Below are positions 47,536 to 56,069 of a stretch of DNA of 56,069 bases, piece after piece. Origin of the DNA: Lachnospiraceae bacterium. Lineage in GTDB: Bacteria > Bacillota > Clostridia > Lachnospirales > Lachnospiraceae. How positions within the stretch are numbered: position 1 is the stretch's first letter; each line of letters begins with the position of its first letter. The notes under the pieces are model-generated. The model saw only the letters and a program-made list of their open reading frames with translations, was not told the origin of the DNA and ran no database searches. A program made the translations under genes and the position numbers. Location of the stretch: contig CAVAJA010000028.1 of the NCBI GenBank assembly GCA_963588615.1, positions 1 through 56,069 on the forward strand. Reading direction: 5' to 3'.

Positions 47536-48732
47536 TTATAACTGAGCCTGTATGTTGTAGTCCAGCATCTGCAGCATTTCCTGACGCCACTGCGGATTGA
47601 TCAGGATCTTTTCCGCATAGGCTTTGCAGTATCCGCATGCGCCGCAGTCCCCGTGACAGACGATCTTCTCGTCTGCAAAGCGCTGAAGAAAGCCGTCCAG
47701 AGCCTGGTTGTCGATTCCTACCTGCCAGTCACGGCTCTCGTGTATGAAGGCATCGGTCAATGCGGCCAGTTCCTGTTCATTCAGCAGCTGATCGGAGACC
47801 TCGGCGTTTGCATCGATGTCAGACAGGTGCTCACAGAATTCAGGCTGCAGCAGATGGAAAAGATTGTGCGGATAGCTGCCCGCAAGATAAGCTCCTACAA
47901 CAGAAAGGAGGTAGGCAGGCTCTTTATCTCTTCCGTCGATTTTAAAGAGGGAAATTCCCTCTTTGGCATAGACCGGCATATCCTCCGGGCGAATCCAGTG
48001 GAGCTTGATGAGTTCGGTGAGATCCCGGAAAAACCGATGACGGCAGTAAAAGCTGCAGTAGGGGACCGGGAATATGTTTTCCCCCTGCACGGCAGGTGCG
48101 ATGTGCGAGTTGCTCATGGCAGAGGAGTACGTGCCGTGGAAATGCACGTTGATGCAGTGGAGTACACAGGCGGAGTTGCAGAGCACCTTGATCTCCCCCT
48201 TTGTGTGACGCCGGATATCGCGCAGCAGCGGGAAATCGCGGTTTACATCCCGGTCAAGCACGAGCACCTCAGCCCCCAGCTCCTCGAATTCCACGGCCTC
48301 TGATACCGTCGAAATTTCATTGCAGATGGAGGCGTTGACCTTCAGGTTCGGGAAATGTTTCCGGATGAGCATCATCAGGTACGGAATTGTCACCGTAATT
48401 TCATCCACGCCGGCTGCTGTCAGCTGCTGCAGGAAATCCATCACTTCGTCCCGATACTCTGCCGTAAGGGGAATCGGAATGAGTTCAGAATTGATGATGT
48501 AGTTGAAGCGGATCCCGTGTGCATGGAGCTTTTTCACATTGTCTGTCAACTGCGCCATCGTCATCGGGCGGACGCTTTCCGGCGGACGCAGATTGCCGAT
48601 CGGATCCTTTGGAAGAGAACCGTACAGTTCATAGATGCAGCGGTCGGGAGCACAGTGATCTGCCATTTCGGAGATGCTGTCGATGTAGTGGCTGTCGTTG
48701 ATAAACGGAACGCAAAGCTTGATTTTTTCCAT
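47536..48732 (-). CDS. Peptidase U32 family protein (probable Fe-S enzyme)
   Basis: FNYIIN, GVDEITV, NSACVLHC, CSFYC, WIRPED, FKIDGR, C-terminal CHGDCGACGYC; GAGGT RBS before MEKIKL. Confidence 0.85.
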   Translation of the reverse strand: MEKIKLCVPFINDSHYIDSISEMADHCAPDRCIYELYGSLPKDPIGNLRPPESVRPMTMAQLTDNVKKLHAHGIRFNYIINSELIPIPLTAEYRDEVMDFLQQLTAAGVDEITVTIPYLMMLIRKHFPNLKVNASICNEISTVSEAVEFEELGAEVLVLDRDVNRDFPLLRDIRRHTKGEIKVLCNSACVLHCINVHFHGTYSSAMSNSHIAPAVQGENIFPVPYCSFYCRHRFFRDLTELIKLHWIRPEDMPVYAKEGISLFKIDGRDKEPAYLLSVVGAYLAGSYPHNLFHLLQPEFCEHLSDIDANAEVSDQLLNEQELAALTDAFIHESRDWQVGIDNQALDGFLQRFADEKIVCHGDCGACGYCKAYAEKILINPQWRQEMLQMLDYNIQAQL

Positions 48733-48811
48733 GATAGATACCTCGATTTCTGCTGCAGTCATACCGACTGCGGCAGATTCGTATTTTTGCTGTTGATCTG
48801 CAGGCAGTGCC

Positions 48812-50221
48812 CTAATTGTCGGAGACGATGTTCCTTTCCCACAGTCCGCTCTTGATCAGGATGATTCCGAAAACGCTTTTGATCAGAACGAGCGAACTGA
48901 CAATGAGGTACACCAGAGCTGCGGAGAGTTCTGTATAGTGCGTCAGCATAAAGGCGGACGGGATGATCGTCACCCAGCTGAAGCAGCTGTCAAAAAGGAA
49001 GGTGATGAGTGTCTTGCCGCCGGCGCGGACGGAGGAATAGGCACAGTTCGCAAGTGCATAGAGCGGCATGCAGAGAGCACATATGTACAGGAACTCTGAT
49101 GCCAGAGCACGCACGGAGGCCTCCGTGTTGTACAGGCGCGGAATGAACGATGAACTGAGAACGAGCAGAATGCCCATCACAACGGAGGAAAACAGTGACA
49201 GCGTCATCATGCGCCACGCGGTGCGGCGGGCGTCCTCAATGCGGTTCGCGCCGAGCTCCTGCCCGACAACAATTGCGGTGGCATCTCCCAGCGAGAAGAA
49301 AGCCTGATTGAAAATCTGCGAGACGGTGCTGCAGATGTTCATTGCAGCGACAACCTGTATCCCGCGCACGGAATAGCACTGCAGCAGAACCGCAAGGCTG
49401 GTGCTCCAGAGAACTTCATTGAGCAGCAGCGGGAAGGATCTCACGAAAATATCTCGGGCCAGCCCGAGCGGAATTTTCGTGTTTGCATAGGGACGCCCAA
49501 AGAAGGGATATCGATCGGCGTGCCGGACAATGCCGAGCAGAATGATTGCAAGCTCGACGAAGCGTGAAATCACCGACGCAATTGCGGCGCCGACGACCCC
49601 GAGACGCGGGAAACCCAGAAGACCAAAGATCAGGAGCGAATTAAACACGAGATTGGTCAGAATTGCTGCAATGCTCGCCTTCATCGGCAGAACGGTCTGT
49701 CCGGTCTCGCGCATGGTGCCGGCAAGGCACTGCGTCAGACAAAACGGAATGAGACCGACCAGCATGATATTGAGATAATTCATCGCACAATCAAGGATTT
49801 CGGCCTTATTCTCGTAGGAAGTCTGGGAGGCGATAAAGCTTCCGACAATGGATCTCCCGAAGAATATAAAAAGGAAAATGGTTGCTGCCGTGATGATGGT
49901 GACAATGATCAGCTTGTACCGAAATGTGCTGTGCAGCCCTTCCATATTGTGCTGACCGTAGAATTGTGCACCGTATACCCCTGCGCCGGAGATGCTGCCC
50001 CATATGGAAAGCTGGAATACCAAAAGCAGCTGTGCGGCGATGGCAACACCGATGAGCGGAAGCGTGCCGATCTGACCGATCATGATATTGTCCAGAAGGG
50101 ACACCACATTGGTCAGAGTGTCCTGCACAATGATGGGCAGCACAATGGTCAGAACCTTGCGATAAAAGCATCGATCGCCGGTGACATATTCAAAAAAAGA
50201 TAGCTTTTTGGCCAATTCCAT
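48812..50221 (-). CDS. MATE family efflux transporter
   Basis: LPIIVQ..LDNIMIGQIG, NSLLIFG..G.P.LGVVGAAIAS, GQELGA, RAGG. Confidence 0.92.
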   Translation of the reverse strand: MELAKKLSFFEYVTGDRCFYRKVLTIVLPIIVQDTLTNVVSLLDNIMIGQIGTLPLIGVAIAAQLLLVFQLSIWGSISGAGVYGAQFYGQHNMEGLHSTFRYKLIIVTIITAATIFLFIFFGRSIVGSFIASQTSYENKAEILDCAMNYLNIMLVGLIPFCLTQCLAGTMRETGQTVLPMKASIAAILTNLVFNSLLIFGLLGFPRLGVVGAAIASVISRFVELAIILLGIVRHADRYPFFGRPYANTKIPLGLARDIFVRSFPLLLNEVLWSTSLAVLLQCYSVRGIQVVAAMNICSTVSQIFNQAFFSLGDATAIVVGQELGANRIEDARRTAWRMMTLSLFSSVVMGILLVLSSSFIPRLYNTEASVRALASEFLYICALCMPLYALANCAYSSVRAGGKTLITFLFDSCFSWVTIIPSAFMLTHYTELSAALVYLIVSSLVLIKSVFGIILIKSGLWERNIVSDN

Positions 50222-50572
50222 AAAATGTCCTCAATCGTAAAAATGATGCAGGCAGTTCCCGACATTCCACATTGCGGCATTCGGCGGCTGTGAGAGCACC
50301 GGCCTGGTGAGAATCTGCAGAACGGGGGATGATCATGAAATAAGTGAGATAGCATATAATTTTCATAATCAGATAACGGAGAATGTACTTATCAACATAA
50401 AGATACGTACATATGATGGATTTTATAACAGCAAATCAATTCATGAAATAAAAATATGAACAGATAAGATTTTTTAATAATGCAGCAGAAAAAACAGACC
50501 CGGTTCTCTCGGGCATGGAAAGACGTGGATGGAAAAAAGTCCGGATGCAGCAATGATTTCAGAAAGGGAGTG

Positions 50573-50601
50573 TTGACAAACAGGTGAGACGGCTGTAGAC
50601 T
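50573..50601 (+). promoter_or_regulatory. Sigma-A promoter of the feo operon
   Basis: TTGACA-17 nt-TAGACT. Confidence 0.7.
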
Positions 50602-50609
50602 ATGTCCGC

Positions 50610-50628
50610 GTTAGTTATAATGAACTAA
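50610..50628. promoter_or_regulatory. Putative DtxR/MntR-family operator of feoAAB
   Basis: Palindrome TTAGTT-ATAATG-AACTAA just downstream of the promoter. Confidence 0.6.
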
Positions 50629-50692
50629 TTACAATTATGCTTCTATAAAATATAATTTTAAAACCTTACACGGATAAGCGAGGCAAAACGAT

Positions 50693-50911
50693 ATGATGCC
50701 ATTGGCGTTTGCAAAAACAGGAGAGAAGGTTCTGGTTGCCAGAATCGGCGGGAATGAAGAGGCTAAAAAACACCTCGAGGATCTGGGGTTCGTTGTCGGG
50801 ACTCAGGTGGAGGTCATTTCTGCGGCAGGAGACGGCAATATCATTGTAAATCTGAAGGAGTCGAGACTGGCCATCACAGCTGAGATGGCTTCGAAGATTA
50901 TGACGAACTGA
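50693..50911 (+). CDS. feoA: Ferrous iron transport protein A
   Basis: MPL..GE, HLEDLGFVVG, SRLAI...A.KI. Confidence 0.9.
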   Translation: MMPLAFAKTGEKVLVARIGGNEEAKKHLEDLGFVVGTQVEVISAAGDGNIIVNLKESRLAITAEMASKIMTN

Positions 50912-51071
50912 AGACGGATTGTCAGGAAACACGAACCGGCGCCCGGGGGCCGGAATGCGATGCCGGATTGTCTGGAAAAGCGGCTGCCGGAGATTGGAAT
51001 CAGAGATACATCGGGCACACAGCGTGCCCTGATGAATGCGGGAGACCGCGCAGGATATGAGGAGGAACGGT

Positions 51072-51293
51072 ATGAAAACATTGAGAGACATCCCTGTCGG
51101 TCAGACAGCTACTGTCGTGAAAATCCACGGCGAGGGCGGTCTGAAGAGACGGATCATGGACATGGGGATTACCAAGGGCACGGAGATCTATGTGCGCAAG
51201 GTAGCACCTCTGGGAGACCCGGTGGAGGTTACGGTTCGCGGCTACGAGCTTTCCCTTCGCAAGGAAGACGCAGACATTCTGGAGATGCAGTAA
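51072..51293 (+). CDS. feoA: Ferrous iron transport protein A (second copy)
   Basis: RRIMDMGITKG, APLGDP, RGYELSLRK; GGAGG RBS. Confidence 0.95.
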   Translation: MKTLRDIPVGQTATVVKIHGEGGLKRRIMDMGITKGTEIYVRKVAPLGDPVEVTVRGYELSLRKEDADILEMQ

Positions 51294-51399
51294 GAATGTG
51301 AGATTGCTGCTTTGCTGCATCGGGGCTTTTCCATAGAGCGCAGATGCCGACAGCGGTACGGTTCTGATATTCAGATAGTGAGTAAAGAAGGAGCATCAA

Positions 51400-53535
51400 A
51401 TGGAAATCAAAATTGCATTGGCAGGTAATCCGAACTGCGGTAAAACAACCCTGTTCAACAACCTGACCGGCAGCAACCAGTACGTTGGTAACTGGCCGGG
51501 CGTTACCGTTGAGAAAAAGGAAGGCCGTCTCAAAAACCACAAGGACGTCATCATTCAGGACCTTCCGGGCATCTATTCCCTGAGTCCGTACACGCTCGAG
51601 GAAGTGGTAACCCGCAACTACCTCGTAAATGAGAAGCCGGACGCCATCCTGAACATCGTTGACGGAACGAACATTGAGCGCAACCTGTATCTGACCACAC
51701 AGCTGGTTGAGATCGGCATCCCGGTTGTCATCGCCATCAACATGATGGATCTGGTCCGCAAGAACGGCGACAACATCGACATCAAGAAGCTGGGGCAGGA
51801 GCTGGGCTGCAAGGTGATCGAGATCTCTGCTCTTAAGAACGAGAATACTCTGGAGGCTGCTGAGCTGTGCCTCGAGGCTGCAAAGGCAGAGAAGAAGGAA
51901 CTTCCTCATGTCTTCACCGGAAGTGTAGAGCATGCCATTGCTCATATCGAAGAGTCCGTTCAGAACATCGTGGACAGGCAGGAGCTTCGCTGGTATGCCA
52001 TCAAGATCTTTGAGCGCGATGAGAAGGCGCTTGAGAAGCTTACCATCGATTCCGCAACAAAGGCTCACATGGAAGCGCATATCAAGGATTGTGAGAAGGA
52101 ACTGGACGATGATGCGGAGTCCATCATCACCAACCAGAGATACACCTACATCACGGACCTGATTGCCAAGACCGTGAAGAAGGGCAAACAGCCCGGTGCT
52201 CTTACCACATCGGATAAGATCGACCGCATTGTTACCAACCGCTGGCTGGCTCTGCCGATCTTCGCAGCTGTTATGTTTTTTGTTTATTACATTGCAGTCA
52301 GTACCGTTGGTACGGTTGTGACGGACTGGACGAACGATGTTCTGTTCGGCGAGATCATCGGCGGCAATGTCGAGACCCTGCTGACTAATATGGGTGCTTC
52401 GGACTGGGTTATTTCGCTGGTGGTTGACGGTATCATCGGCGGCATCGGCGCTCCGATGGGATTCGTTCCGCAGATGGCAATCGTATTCCTGTTCCTGAGC
52501 TTCCTCGAGGACGTCGGATACATGGCACGTGTTGCCTTCATCATGGACCGTATTTTCCGCAAGTTCGGGTTGTCCGGAAAGAGCTTCATTCCGTTCCTGA
52601 TCTCCTCCGGCTGCGGTGTTCCCGGCATCATGTCTACCCGTACCATTGAGTCCGAGCAGGATCGCCGCATGACCATGATCACCACGACCATGATCCCCTG
52701 CGGAGCAAAGCTTCCTGTAATCGCTTTGATCGCCGGTTATCTGATGGGCGGTGCATGGTGGATGACTCCGGTGATGTATTTTGCGGGCATTGCACTGGTT
52801 ATTGTTTACTGCATCATTTTGAAGAAGACCAAGTTCTTCTCCGGCGATCCGGTTCCGTTCGTTATGGAGCTCCCGGCTTACCACCTTCCTTCCCTGAAGG
52901 GCATCCTGCTCCATGTATGGGAGCGTGTATGGGCCTTCATCAAGAAGGCAGGTACCATCCTGTTCCTGTGCTGCGCGGTGATGTGGTTCCTTGGCAGCTT
53001 CGGTGTGGTTGACGGCGCCTTCGGTCTGGTTGACACGGCTGATTCTCTGCTGGCAGTCATCGGCGGCGTTCTCGCTCCGATCTTCGCTCCTCTGGGCTTT
53101 GGTACCTGGCAGGCTGTGGCTTCCTCTCTGTCCGGCTTTGTGGCAAAGGAAGGTATTGTTTCCACAATGTCTCTGCTGTCTGCTCTGGGCGAGGAGATCG
53201 AGGAGTACGATGTCACGATGCACGATGCATTCCAGGCATTCTTCCCGACCAGCATCGCAGCCATTTCCTTCCTGGTATTCAACTGCTTTGACTCACCGTG
53301 CCTGGCAGCCATTTCCACTATGGCGAAGGAAGTCGGCAGCCGCAAGTATTTCTGGTACGCTCTGCTGTTCCAGAACGTTGCAGCTTACTGTGTGACCCTG
53401 ATCATCTATCAGCTGGTTGGTTTCGCAATCGGCGAGGTGGCCTTTGGCGTCGGTACCGTTGTTGCAGCTGTTCTGCTGATCGCAGTTCTCTACCTTCTGT
53501 TCCGCAAGGATCCTAATAAGAAGGCCAAGGCATAA
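51400..53535 (+). CDS. feoB: Ferrous iron transport protein B
   Basis: GNPNCGKTT, GNWPGVTVE, DLPG, NMMD, GCGVP, PCGAK, FVMELP. Confidence 0.97.
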   Translation: MEIKIALAGNPNCGKTTLFNNLTGSNQYVGNWPGVTVEKKEGRLKNHKDVIIQDLPGIYSLSPYTLEEVVTRNYLVNEKPDAILNIVDGTNIERNLYLTTQLVEIGIPVVIAINMMDLVRKNGDNIDIKKLGQELGCKVIEISALKNENTLEAAELCLEAAKAEKKELPHVFTGSVEHAIAHIEESVQNIVDRQELRWYAIKIFERDEKALEKLTIDSATKAHMEAHIKDCEKELDDDAESIITNQRYTYITDLIAKTVKKGKQPGALTTSDKIDRIVTNRWLALPIFAAVMFFVYYIAVSTVGTVVTDWTNDVLFGEIIGGNVETLLTNMGASDWVISLVVDGIIGGIGAPMGFVPQMAIVFLFLSFLEDVGYMARVAFIMDRIFRKFGLSGKSFIPFLISSGCGVPGIMSTRTIESEQDRRMTMITTTMIPCGAKLPVIALIAGYLMGGAWWMTPVMYFAGIALVIVYCIILKKTKFFSGDPVPFVMELPAYHLPSLKGILLHVWERVWAFIKKAGTILFLCCAVMWFLGSFGVVDGAFGLVDTADSLLAVIGGVLAPIFAPLGFGTWQAVASSLSGFVAKEGIVSTMSLLSALGEEIEEYDVTMHDAFQAFFPTSIAAISFLVFNCFDSPCLAAISTMAKEVGSRKYFWYALLFQNVAAYCVTLIIYQLVGFAIGEVAFGVGTVVAAVLLIAVLYLLFRKDPNKKAKA

Positions 53536-53618
53536 TTACCGGCTCTATGAAAATTTAGAACGAAAGACCTGCGGACGCGATGTCTGTGGGTCTTTCTTTT
53601 AAATACGAGGAGATGATT

Positions 53619-53792
53619 ATGAAATTTAATGTTCCGATCAATCAGGCAGATGCTGTTGTTCTGGTCATTCTGGCTATTATGATGGTCATCGGCGTGAGGA
53701 TTGTCATCGGCTTTTTCAAAACACCCAAACACCGCGACACACAGGACCGCGTGGATGAGGAGAAAGAGCGCCGGGACGGGCCAAAAAGCTGA
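53619..53792 (+). CDS. Small single-TM protein in the feo locus
   Basis: GAGGAG RBS; one hydrophobic helix followed by a charged tail. Confidence 0.6.
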   Translation: MKFNVPINQADAVVLVILAIMMVIGVRIVIGFFKTPKHRDTQDRVDEEKERRDGPKS

Positions 53793-53841
53793 GACAGACA
53801 GTGGAGAAGTTTGATAGAATTCGCAGCGAAGGAGGCAAATC

Positions 53842-54030
53842 ATGGCTGTAGATATTGTGGTTGTCGGAATTGTGCTGCTCCTGTGCGCAGCCTGCGTGCG
53901 GAAGCTGATTTTGAACAGAAAGAACGGAGTCTCCAACTGCAGCGGCTGCAGCGGGTGCGGCAGCTCCTGTGGGTGCGAAGGAGGCTGCAGCACGGAGAAT
54001 GTGCCGGAACGGTTCAAGGCAAAGAAGTAA
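53842..54030 (+). CDS. FeoB-associated Cys-rich membrane protein
   Basis: AAGGAGG RBS; TM helix followed by CSGCSGCGSSCGCEGGC. Confidence 0.85.
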   Translation: MAVDIVVVGIVLLLCAACVRKLILNRKNGVSNCSGCSGCGSSCGCEGGCSTENVPERFKAKK

Positions 54031-54075
54031 CAGGATTTTGCAGGAGTCGAGCAGATCTCCGGGAGAAGGGAGCAG

Positions 54076-54348
54076 ATGATGGTACAGGTTGTGGCTGAAA
54101 TTGATGGTATGATGTGCGGAATGTGTGAGTCCCACATTGCAGATGCCATTCGCAGGCAGTTTTCGGAAGCGAAGAAGGTGTCGGCTTCGGCAGGAAAGGG
54201 AGAAGCCGTGTTTCTTCTGGAAAATGAGATCCCGCTTCCAATGCTGAAGCATGAGCTTCACAGTGCAGTGGATCCCCTGGGATACCAGCTTTTGTCCGTG
54301 TCTGTCAGAGAACCGGAAAAGAAAAAGGGCCTTTTTCACTTTGGCTGA
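54076..54348 (+). CDS. Heavy-metal-associated (HMA/CopZ-like) domain protein
   Basis: IDGMMCGMCESHI metal-binding motif. Confidence 0.88.
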   Translation: MMVQVVAEIDGMMCGMCESHIADAIRRQFSEAKKVSASAGKGEAVFLLENEIPLPMLKHELHSAVDPLGYQLLSVSVREPEKKKGLFHFG

Positions 54349-54446
54349 TTTTATGCGGCTGACAACAGAATGATGCTATAATGAACGAACCGTACCGGAC
54401 AAGGATGTCAGGACGGTTCATTTGTGTTATAAGGAGGCCGTTTTCC

Positions 54447-55007
54447 ATGCAGGAGCTGATACTATACAACGGGCGTCCGGAATCGGATAAGCTTGCAGGA
54501 AGAGAAGAGAAGGAGATTCGTGTCTATGATCTTCTGGATTCTCTTGGAATTGAATATAAGAGAACGGATCATGGTCATGCGGACACGATGGAGGCCTGCC
54601 ACGACATTGATGCAGTGCTGGACTGCCTGATCTGCAAGAATCTGTTCCTCTGCAATCGGCAGAAGACGAAATTCTATCTGCTGATGATGCCGGGGGATAA
54701 GCCTTTTAAGACAAAGGAACTGTCCGCACAGATTCAGTCTGCGCGCCTGTCCTTTGCCTCACCGGAGAAAATGGAAGAATACCTGGATATCAAGCCGGGA
54801 TCTGTCAGCATCATGGGACTGATGAACGATCATGCGAATCAGGTGCAGCTCCTGGTGGATGAGGAGGTAAGAGATGGGGAGTATCTGGGCTGTCATCCCT
54901 GTGTCAATACCTCCAGCCTGAAGATGAAGGTATCGGATGTCTTTGAGAAATTTTTGCCGGCGGTTCATCACGAACCGATTTTTGTAAAGCTGACAGGAGA
55001 GGAATGA
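54447..55007 (+). CDS. YbaK/ProX family prolyl-tRNA editing domain protein
   Basis: CKNLFL, RLSFAS, PGSVSIMGL.ND, GCHPCVNTSS; AAGGAGG RBS. Confidence 0.9.
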   Translation: MQELILYNGRPESDKLAGREEKEIRVYDLLDSLGIEYKRTDHGHADTMEACHDIDAVLDCLICKNLFLCNRQKTKFYLLMMPGDKPFKTKELSAQIQSARLSFASPEKMEEYLDIKPGSVSIMGLMNDHANQVQLLVDEEVRDGEYLGCHPCVNTSSLKMKVSDVFEKFLPAVHHEPIFVKLTGEE

Positions 55008-56069
55008 TGAGCAGTATTAAAGAGGCAGCAAGGCAGATGAAACGCACTGCTCCGGAGATGGCATCGGCATCTCTGAATAAGAGGAATCAGGCTCTTTGGA
55101 ACATTGCAGAGGCTCTGGAGGCAGAAAAACAGGAGATTTTCGCTGCAAATCGGGAAGATCTGGAGGCGGCGAAAAGGGAAAATCTGGCAGAGGCGGTGCA
55201 GAAACGCCTGAAATATGATGAAGCGAAAATGAGAGACAGCATTGCAGGGCTGCGCCAGCTGGAAGGACTTGCAGATCCGGTGGGGCGGCAGCTGATGGCA
55301 AGACAGCTGGACGAGGGGCTGGATCTGTATCGCGTCAGCGTTCCCATCGGAGTGATCGGAGTGATCTTTGAGGCACGGCCGGACGCCATGGTGCAGGTGG
55401 CCTCTCTGTGCATCAAAAGCGGGAACTGTGCAGTTTTAAAGGGCGGAAAGGAGACGGCGAGAACCAATCGGGTGCTGTTTTCTCTTATTAAAAATGCTGT
55501 TCTGAAGGCAGGGCTTCCGGAAGGCTGCCTGTTTCAGGCAGAAGGACACAGTGAAATTGATGAGCTGCTGTCATGTGATGAGGAGGTGGATCTTCTGATC
55601 CCGCGGGGCTCCAATCGGTTCGTGCGGTACATCATGGAGCATACCCGAATTCCGGTCATGGGACATTCGAGCGGGATCTGTCATATTTATGTGGATGAAA
55701 AGGTCGACCAGGAGCAGGCAATTCCGATTATCGTAGATGCAAAGACACAATATCCGGCGGCCTGCAATGCAGTGGAGACACTGCTTGTTCACCGGGGAAT
55801 TGCAGAGGAATTCCTTCCCAGGGCAGCAGAAGCGCTTGCAAAGGCAGGGGTTCGGCTGCGGGGAACGAAAGAGGCGGCCGATCTTCTGGAGTGTCTTGGA
55901 AAGGGTGCTGCGGCATCAAAGCAGGGAGATCTCTGCGATTTGGCAAAAGAGAGGACAGAAGCCGGTGTCTGCGGCGAAGGACGAGCAGCTGCCCGTATTG
56001 CGGCAGATGACGTGATGCAGGAGACCGATTTTGGCACGGAGTACGGGGATCTGACGCTTTCTGTTAAGC
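55004..56069 (+). CDS. proA: Glutamate-5-semialdehyde dehydrogenase ProA, truncated by window end
   Basis: Manual translation: VPIGVIGVIFEARP, KSGNCAVLKGGKE, DLLIPRGS, GICHIYVD, YPAACNAVETLL, TEY; ATGA overlap with the upstream gene. Confidence 0.95.
   Translation, partial: MMSSIKEAARQMKRTAPEMASASLNKRNQALWNIAEALEAEKQEIFAANREDLEAAKRENLAEAVQKRLKYDEAKMRDSIAGLRQLEGLADPVGRQLMARQLDEGLDLYRVSVPIGVIGVIFEARPDAMVQVASLCIKSGNCAVLKGGKETARTNRVLFSLIKNAVLKAGLPEGCLFQAEGHSEIDELLSCDEEVDLLIPRGSNRFVRYIMEHTRIPVMGHSSGICHIYVDEKVDQEQAIPIIVDAKTQYPAACNAVETLLVHRGIAEEFLPRAAEALAKAGVRLRGTKEAADLLECLGKGAAASKQGDLCDLAKERTEAGVCGEGRAAARIAADDVMQETDFGTEYGDLTLSVK

Noticed and set aside
47536..48732. Calling the U32 protein a collagenase/protease
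   Set aside because: No signal peptide; the Cys motifs and characterised relatives point to an Fe-S enzyme
51229..53223. 664-aa minus-strand ORF
   Set aside because: Antisense shadow of feoB, explained by its codon bias
54349..54446. Possible T-box before the ProX-like gene and proA
   Set aside because: Too short and no GGTGGNACCGCG motif; only a TG-TATAAT box and one hairpin

Overview
A 56-kb, gene-dense chromosomal segment from what looks like a gut Clostridia bacterium (Lachnospiraceae-like gene content, sigma-A promoters, CIRCE, sortase-type anchor). No rRNA, tRNA, CRISPR array, transposase or phage genes are evident. In order: end of an MBOAT/SGNH-like surface-acylation pair; mutY-fliB-like-thrH-dus-rlmH-ykgJ-like cluster; GH42 beta-galactosidase; sdaAB-sdaAA; a tandem P-II / tandem DUF1538 module; an unannotated 26-aa ORF with its own promoter, RBS and terminator; MalY/PatB and HD genes; a decayed patch with two deletion-fused pseudogenes; a lipoprotein; CIRCE-controlled Hsp20; NhaC-family transporter; MBL hydrolase; an 8-kb gene for a ~2670-aa wall-anchored protein; an RpiR-regulated sugar-acid locus (Zn dehydrogenase, DhnA/LsrF-type aldolase, FGGY kinase, TRAP, D-2-hydroxyacid dehydrogenase, pgi) converging on a DapA-like aldolase, garR and a degenerate PrpR-like regulator; EamA, U32 and MATE genes; a feoAAB locus with small accessory genes; a ProX-like editing gene; and a truncated proA. 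The best candidates for undescribed biology are the sugar-acid pathway, the 26-aa peptide gene, the DUF1538/P-II module and the U32-MATE pair. All family calls come from recognising motifs by eye, not from database searches.
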